Source: Owenweeksia sp. TMED14 (lineage in GTDB: Bacteria > Bacteroidota > Bacteroidia > Flavobacteriales > Schleiferiaceae). From it: 64,000 nucleotides of DNA. The stretch is from contig CATIRS010000049.1 of NCBI GenBank assembly GCA_949529985.1, positions 118,367 through 182,366 on the forward strand, written 5' to 3'. Shown piece after piece: positions 59,520 through 64,000 of this stretch. Position numbers and translations under genes: made by a program. Each line of letters opens with the position of its first letter. The first letter of the stretch is position 1. The notes beneath the pieces are model-generated. The model was given only the letters and a program-made list of their open reading frames with translations. It was not told the origin of the DNA and searched no databases.

Positions 59520-61070
59520 TTATCCTAATTTTCTATTCTTAGAATCAGCAAATCGATATTCCAACATCTTAAAAGCATCTCGTTCTACAACTTCTAGACG
59601 ATTTCCATAAGAACTTGACCACTTTTTAAAACGACGATTCCATAAAAATCCTGAAGTCAGATAAGCGTGAATAAATGGATGCACATGAAGATATATAGTC
59701 TCATTTCTTCCTTTAGATTTCATTTTACTGGCGATTTGATCAAATTTCTGTTCGAGAGCAGTGATCATCGTTATTGGCGCTTCAACTAAACTATCAGGAT
59801 TTTCTTCCTTCGTTTGAATACGTTGAGCCGGACGAACTCGCTGGCGAGTAATTTCAATTAATCCAAATCGCGATGGCGGCAAAATTTTATGGCGAGCACG
59901 ATCTGTAGACATTACATCCTTCATCTTTTCAAAAAGAGCTTTACGGTTCTCAGCAGAATTCATGTCAATAAAATCAACACATATAATACCGCCCATGTCT
60001 CGCAATCGGAGTTGACGTCCAATTTCTTCTGCTGCCATTATATTAACAGCCAGGGCGTTTTCTTCTTGACCTTCACCTTTACTCGAACGATTGCCACTGT
60101 TAACATCAATTACATGCATTGCTTCAGTATGCTCTATAATCAAATAAGTCCCCTTACCCATGTTAACGGTTCGGCCAAATGCTGATTTCAGTTGTCTGTC
60201 AACTCCATATTGTTGAAAAATAGGAACAGCTGAATTATGAAGCTTTACAATTGATGCCTTTTCTGGAGCAATAGAAACGATGAATTCTTTAATCTCATTG
60301 AGCAGACTTTCATCGTCTACAACTATTTGATCAAAAGAGTCATTAAAAACATCACGCAAATAAGCGCTAGCCCTATCCATTTCCTGCAAAACACATTTCC
60401 GAGGCTTTGCATTGCGCAGATTTCTATGTAATATTTTCCACCTTTTCAATAAATCAGCTAAATCAGCCTTTAAATCTTCCATGGATGCGCCTTCAGCAAC
60501 GGTGCGAACTATAACACCAAAACCTTTAGGCCGTATGGATTGAATGAGCTTACGCAGTCTGTCTTTCTCTTTTCGATCACGGACTTTCTGAGAAACAGAT
60601 ATTCTATCTGTAAATGGCACTAGGACAATGAATCGTCCGGCAATCGAAATCTCAGATGTCACCCGTGGACCTTTTGTCGATATGGGTTCCTTTACCACTT
60701 GAACCAGGATTTCATCACCTGATTTTATGGTGTTCTCCATTGCCCCATCTTTTTCAATTAGAGGCAAAAGCTCGAAATCAGCAATATTTGATGACTGTTT
60801 TCCGAGATGAACTTTTTTATTAAAGGATAACCATGAAGAAATTTGTGGCCCTAAGTCGTGATAGTGTAGAAAAGCATCTTTTTCATATCCTACATCTATA
60901 AAAGCGGCATTCAGACTAGCAGCGAGCTTTCGCGCCTGTCCTAAATACACATCACCAACTGAAAACTGCTGTTTAGCATCTTCATTGACTAGCTCAACTA
61001 AGCGACCATCCTTAAGGAGGGACATAACTGCGTTCGATTCATTCGCTTGAATGATTAATTCGGTACGCAT
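59520..61070 (-). CDS. rng: Ribonuclease E/G family endoribonuclease
   Basis: 516 aa. S1 domain (GDVYLGQARKL), and a catalytic core with EHTEAMHVIDVNSG and ICVDFIDM motifs. Confidence 0.9.
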   Translation of the reverse strand: MRTELIIQANESNAVMSLLKDGRLVELVNEDAKQQFSVGDVYLGQARKLAASLNAAFIDVGYEKDAFLHYHDLGPQISSWLSFNKKVHLGKQSSNIADFELLPLIEKDGAMENTIKSGDEILVQVVKEPISTKGPRVTSEISIAGRFIVLVPFTDRISVSQKVRDRKEKDRLRKLIQSIRPKGFGVIVRTVAEGASMEDLKADLADLLKRWKILHRNLRNAKPRKCVLQEMDRASAYLRDVFNDSFDQIVVDDESLLNEIKEFIVSIAPEKASIVKLHNSAVPIFQQYGVDRQLKSAFGRTVNMGKGTYLIIEHTEAMHVIDVNSGNRSSKGEGQEENALAVNIMAAEEIGRQLRLRDMGGIICVDFIDMNSAENRKALFEKMKDVMSTDRARHKILPPSRFGLIEITRQRVRPAQRIQTKEENPDSLVEAPITMITALEQKFDQIASKMKSKGRNETIYLHVHPFIHAYLTSGFLWNRRFKKWSSSYGNRLEVVERDAFKMLEYRFADSKNRKLG

Positions 61071-61082
61071 ATCTATATATAT

Positions 61083-61172
61083 TTATTTCTTCTTATGACG
61101 GTTTTTGCGCAAGCGCTTCTTCCTTTTGTGAGTAGCCATCTTGTGGCGTTTTCTTTTTTTACCGCTAGGCAT
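61083..61172 (-). CDS. 29-aa highly basic peptide, bS22-like (AURKAIP1/COX24-type) ribosomal protein candidate
   Basis: My translation is MPSGKKRKRHKMATHKRKKRLRKNRHKKK. It is below the ORF-track cut-off and fills the gap between the TPR gene and rng on the same strand. Confidence 0.6.
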   Translation of the reverse strand: MPSGKKRKRHKMATHKRKKRLRKNRHKKK

Positions 61173-61197
61173 AATTTTACTTATTTAAATGAAACAA

Positions 61198-61704
61198 TCA
61201 TTGAACTTTATATACTTCCGATTGACTTTCCCCTTGAAAACTCAACATCATAGTTTTCAACTCGGAAGCACGGGATGTGCTTGGATACGAATCTAAAAAA
61301 TATTTTAAATCCACGATAGCACCTTGAATATCACCCATTTGAAATTTAGTCTTTGCTAAGGCTTCGATAGCAGAGACATCAGATGGATCAATTTTTAATA
61401 CTTTGATAAAGCGACTTATTGCCTTATCAAATTGCCCTGACATTACAGAAAACTGTCCAAGGTGAAATTGAGCATCGCGGTGATTTGAATCTACATCAAC
61501 CACCTCTCTAAGTGCGAAAATAGCTTCCATTGGGTTACCACTCCCCGACTCAATCATTTCAACCGCAGTTTTAACTTTTTCATCTAATGGTCTTATTTGC
61601 ACAATACTGGTCTCAGTTTTATCTAAAACGTTCGGAAACATCAACACAATGACCACCAAAACAGTCACCATACTTATTGCCCCTATCCACGAACGCTTCA
61701 TCAT
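61198..61704 (-). CDS. Membrane-anchored TPR-repeat protein
   Basis: 168 aa. N-terminal TM helix (WIGAISMVTVLVVIVLMF) followed by about three TPR-like repeats. Confidence 0.65.
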   Translation of the reverse strand: MMKRSWIGAISMVTVLVVIVLMFPNVLDKTETSIVQIRPLDEKVKTAVEMIESGSGNPMEAIFALREVVDVDSNHRDAQFHLGQFSVMSGQFDKAISRFIKVLKIDPSDVSAIEALAKTKFQMGDIQGAIVDLKYFLDSYPSTSRASELKTMMLSFQGESQSEVYKVQ

Positions 61705-61711
61705 CTGTCAG

Positions 61712-62005
61712 TTATTTACTTATTAAAACACTACTTTTTACCTTATCAGCAAAAGTCTTAGCAGGCTTAAATGACGGTATATAATGAGCAGGAATTATCA
61801 ATGTAGTATTCTTCGAAATATTTCTACCGGTCTTTTCAGCTCGTTTTTTCAAAACAAAACTTCCAAAACCTCTTAAATATACGTTTTCTCCGGACTCCAT
61901 ATTTGTCTTAACCTCTCGCATGAAATTTTCCACTACAGCTAATATGTCAGATTTCTCCATGCCAGTTTTGTCTGCAATGCGAGTAACAATGTCCGCTTTT
62001 GTCAT
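61712..62005 (-). CDS. hup: HU/IHF-family DNA-binding protein
   Basis: 97 aa. MTKADIV..., LRGFGSFVLKKRAEKTGRNISKNTTLIIPAHYIPSFKP shows the classical HU arm. Confidence 0.92.
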   Translation of the reverse strand: MTKADIVTRIADKTGMEKSDILAVVENFMREVKTNMESGENVYLRGFGSFVLKKRAEKTGRNISKNTTLIIPAHYIPSFKPAKTFADKVKSSVLISK

Positions 62006-62058
62006 TATAAATTATTTTTTTTAGTGAACCCTTTGATTTGGGATTAAATTAGCGGCGG

Positions 62059-62089
62059 CAAAGTTAAGCAATTGTATGGCATTCAACAA
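62059..62089 (-). promoter_or_regulatory. Candidate Bacteroidota promoter (TTG-N20-TAACTTTG) for the HU gene
   Basis: The minus strand reads TTG (62089-62087), a 20-nt spacer, then TAACTTTG (62066-62059). It lies 54 nt upstream of the HU ATG. Confidence 0.4.
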
Positions 62090-62091
62090 TA

Positions 62092-63108
62092 ATGATTAAT
62101 AAACTACAAACCAATCTACTTAACTGGTTTGATCTTAACCAACGCCTACTACCTTGGCGCAAAACAAAAGATCCATACTCTATATGGTTGTGCGAGATAA
62201 TAATGCAGCAAACAAGAGTCGATCAAGGCCTTAAATACTGGGAAAAATTTTTAAATGAATTTCCAACTCTAAAAAGCCTCTCTGAATCGGAAGAATCTCG
62301 AGTTTTAGCCTTGTGGTCAGGTTTAGGCTATTACAGTCGAGCGAGAAACATCCATAAAGCCGCAAAAATAATTAGTAATGACTTAAGGGGTGAATTCCCA
62401 AAATCATCATTAAAATTAATCAAGATTCCAGGTATTGGACCGTATACCGCAGCCGCCATTTCCTCGATTTGCTTCGATGAAGTTATCCCAGCTATTGATG
62501 GAAATGCATTTCGTGTTTACACCCGATTATTTGCAATAGATTCTCCAATTGAAAAAAAAAAAACCATAAATAAGATTAATGAATTATCTCTTCCTTTAAT
62601 ATCAAGAAAAAGACCTGGAGATAGCAATCAAGCCATCATGGATATTGGTTCAAGCATATGCTATCCAAAAAAACCTAAATGTAATTATTGTCCTTTCGAA
62701 GAAAATTGTCTGTCCAGAAAATATGGTAACCAAGAAAAATATCCTGTTAAAACCAAACCAGCAAAATTGAAGGAAGTAAATAAATTCTATGTCATTCTAA
62801 ACAGAAAAGGCTATTTAGGACTCGTCGAGCGTCCAAAAAATGGGATTTGGGGAGGATTATGGATGCCTCTAGAATTAGATCCTGAAAATTGGGATTTAGC
62901 AATTAAAAATAATCAGATCCACAAAAATAATATTTCATACCAAAAGCACCTTTTAAGTCATAGAAAAATGAATTTATATTTTGCTGATTGGACTACAGAT
63001 AAAGCCCCAGAAAATAAAAATATTAAATGGTTTTCTATTGAAGAGTTAAAAAACATGGCTCTTCCTGCGCCAATGATTAAATTTTTGCGGGAAAAAAGTT
63101 ACATTTGA
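62092..63108 (+). CDS. mutY: A/G-specific adenine DNA glycosylase
   Basis: 338 aa. LPWRKTKDPYSIWLCEIIMQQTRV, the HhH-GPD element (IPGIGPYTAAAI), the Fe-S loop C-X6-C-X2-C-X5-C (CYPKKPKCNYCPFEENC), and a Nudix-like C-terminal domain. Confidence 0.93.
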   Translation: MINKLQTNLLNWFDLNQRLLPWRKTKDPYSIWLCEIIMQQTRVDQGLKYWEKFLNEFPTLKSLSESEESRVLALWSGLGYYSRARNIHKAAKIISNDLRGEFPKSSLKLIKIPGIGPYTAAAISSICFDEVIPAIDGNAFRVYTRLFAIDSPIEKKKTINKINELSLPLISRKRPGDSNQAIMDIGSSICYPKKPKCNYCPFEENCLSRKYGNQEKYPVKTKPAKLKEVNKFYVILNRKGYLGLVERPKNGIWGGLWMPLELDPENWDLAIKNNQIHKNNISYQKHLLSHRKMNLYFADWTTDKAPENKNIKWFSIEELKNMALPAPMIKFLREKSYI

Positions 63109-63186
63109 TTTTGATCATGATAAGATTTGTGCAAGCATTAACTTTTCAATAAATAAATTTAAAAACTTCGAAATAACCCCTCCTCT

Positions 63187-64000
63187 TTGGATCCCGACCT
63201 TCTTATAGCCAAATCAATTTTTCAGCATTATCCTAGTGAAGCAATATTTCCATTAGTCGCCATGATTCTCTTATTAATAGGCTCGGCGTTCACGTCTGCA
63301 TCAGAAGTAGCTTATTTCTCACTCTCACCTATTCAAAAAGTTGAACTAGGTGAAACGAAATCTTTATCTGCAAAAAGAGTTGTAGAAGTTTTAAAATTAC
63401 CAGAAGAACTCCTTGCCTCACTGCTAATTTTAAACAACTCATTTAATCTTGGATTAATCCTATTATCTACTCTAGCGAGTGATTTAATATTCAACTTTGA
63501 AGATTACCCTATTCTTGCTGTGAGTCTTCAAACGTTTTTTGTCACATTCTTAATATTAGTCTTTGGCGAAGTGATACCCAAAACCTATGCTACTAACCAC
63601 GGCTTAAAATGGACAAAAAAAAGCTCTAAAATTGTCAAGAGCGCCATAAAAATCCTCAGACCGATTAGTTCAGCACTTGTTAAATCTTCAAAATTTATAG
63701 ATCGATTTAGCATCATAAAATCACTGACTGTTGATGAGCTTGAAGAAGCTTTAGATCTAACATCAGATGAGGCCACAACTCCAGACCAACAGAGACTACT
63801 AAGAGAAATTGTTCGTTTTGGGTCTACGAGCGTGAAACAAATAATGACTCCTCGTCAAGAAATTTTTGCCATCGATGCAGAGTCAAGCATTAAAAATGTT
63901 TTAGAATCTGTCTCAGAAAACGGTTATTCAAGAGTACCAATATTTAAAGAAAACATGGATAACATTTCAGGGATCTTACATGCAAAAGATTTATTAAATC
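63187..64000 (+). CDS. gldE: GldE-like CNNM/DUF21 + CBS membrane protein (5' part; continues beyond the window)
   Basis: Absent from the ORF track because no stop lies in the window. The frame is open from 63163 and the start is probable: TTG at 63187 (LDPDLLIAKS...), or ATG at 63262. It has DUF21 TM helices followed by a CBS region (VKQIMTPRQEIFAID...GYSRVPIF). The position next to mutY matches my recollection of the flavobacterial gldE neighbourhood. Confidence 0.7.
   Translation, partial: MDPDLLIAKSIFQHYPSEAIFPLVAMILLLIGSAFTSASEVAYFSLSPIQKVELGETKSLSAKRVVEVLKLPEELLASLLILNNSFNLGLILLSTLASDLIFNFEDYPILAVSLQTFFVTFLILVFGEVIPKTYATNHGLKWTKKSSKIVKSAIKILRPISSALVKSSKFIDRFSIIKSLTVDELEEALDLTSDEATTPDQQRLLREIVRFGSTSVKQIMTPRQEIFAIDAESSIKNVLESVSENGYSRVPIFKENMDNISGILHAKDLLN

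Noticed and set aside
1-64000. Scanned for CRISPR repeats, transposase/integrase genes, phage genes, toxin-antitoxin pairs, restriction-modification or other defence genes, rRNA genes and large direct repeats.
   Set aside because: None was found. Every ORF over 100 aa is explained by a housekeeping, envelope or T9SS-cargo function. Intergenic space is minimal: the largest gap is 354 bp, and the next-largest are about 100-190 bp.

Overview
This 64-kb window is an ordinary, very densely packed, AT-rich chromosomal core segment of a Bacteroidota organism, most likely a flavobacterium-like gliding bacterium. The taxonomic evidence is four T9SS type-B-CTD cargo proteins, a PorP/SprF protein, a GldE-like protein, TAnnTTTG -7 promoter boxes, almost no Shine-Dalgarno sequences and mevalonate-pathway genes.

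Content from left to right:
- rpsL-rpsG-fusA-S10 ribosomal protein operon on the minus strand (S12 through S3).
- SF1 UvrD/PcrA helicase, DUF4290 and murA.
- dnaJ-grpE.
- A TlpA-like thioredoxin followed by a T9SS cargo / PorP-SprF / cargo module.
- dgkA, an FtsX-type ABC permease, and purH-mreBCD-mrdA-rodA.
- PpiD-like PPIase.
- A six-gene envelope operon: coaX, outer-membrane barrel, TPR protein, lptC, small membrane protein, CNNM/CBS protein.
- An Aas-like acyltransferase/acyl-ligase fusion and tRNA-Phe.
- A trehalase / NrtR-like regulator / Na+:solute symporter locus.
- HMG-CoA reductase, a GYDIA-type GHMP kinase and another T9SS cargo gene.
- obg-PAP2-crcB, adk, mannose-1-P guanylyltransferase, fumC, an ArsC-family protein and a 1074-aa beta-propeller T9SS cargo.
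- prfB, ltaE, recX, rng, an unannotated 29-aa bS22-like peptide, a TPR protein, HU, mutY and the start of gldE.

I found no CRISPR array, transposase, integrase, prophage, toxin-antitoxin pair or recognisable defence island. I do not see a clear-cut novel multi-gene system. The most unusual items are:
- A PorP/SprF protein fused to a coiled coil and a SPOR peptidoglycan-binding domain, flanked by two cargo proteins that share a private C-terminal module.
- A conserved cysteine-rich N-terminal module shared by two distant cargo genes.
- An Aas-like fusion enzyme.
- A degenerate-Nudix regulator locus with trehalase.
- An A12 homopolymer inside mutY.
- A prfB without the programmed frameshift.

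All calls come from reading the sequence and the ORF translations by eye. No database search was run.
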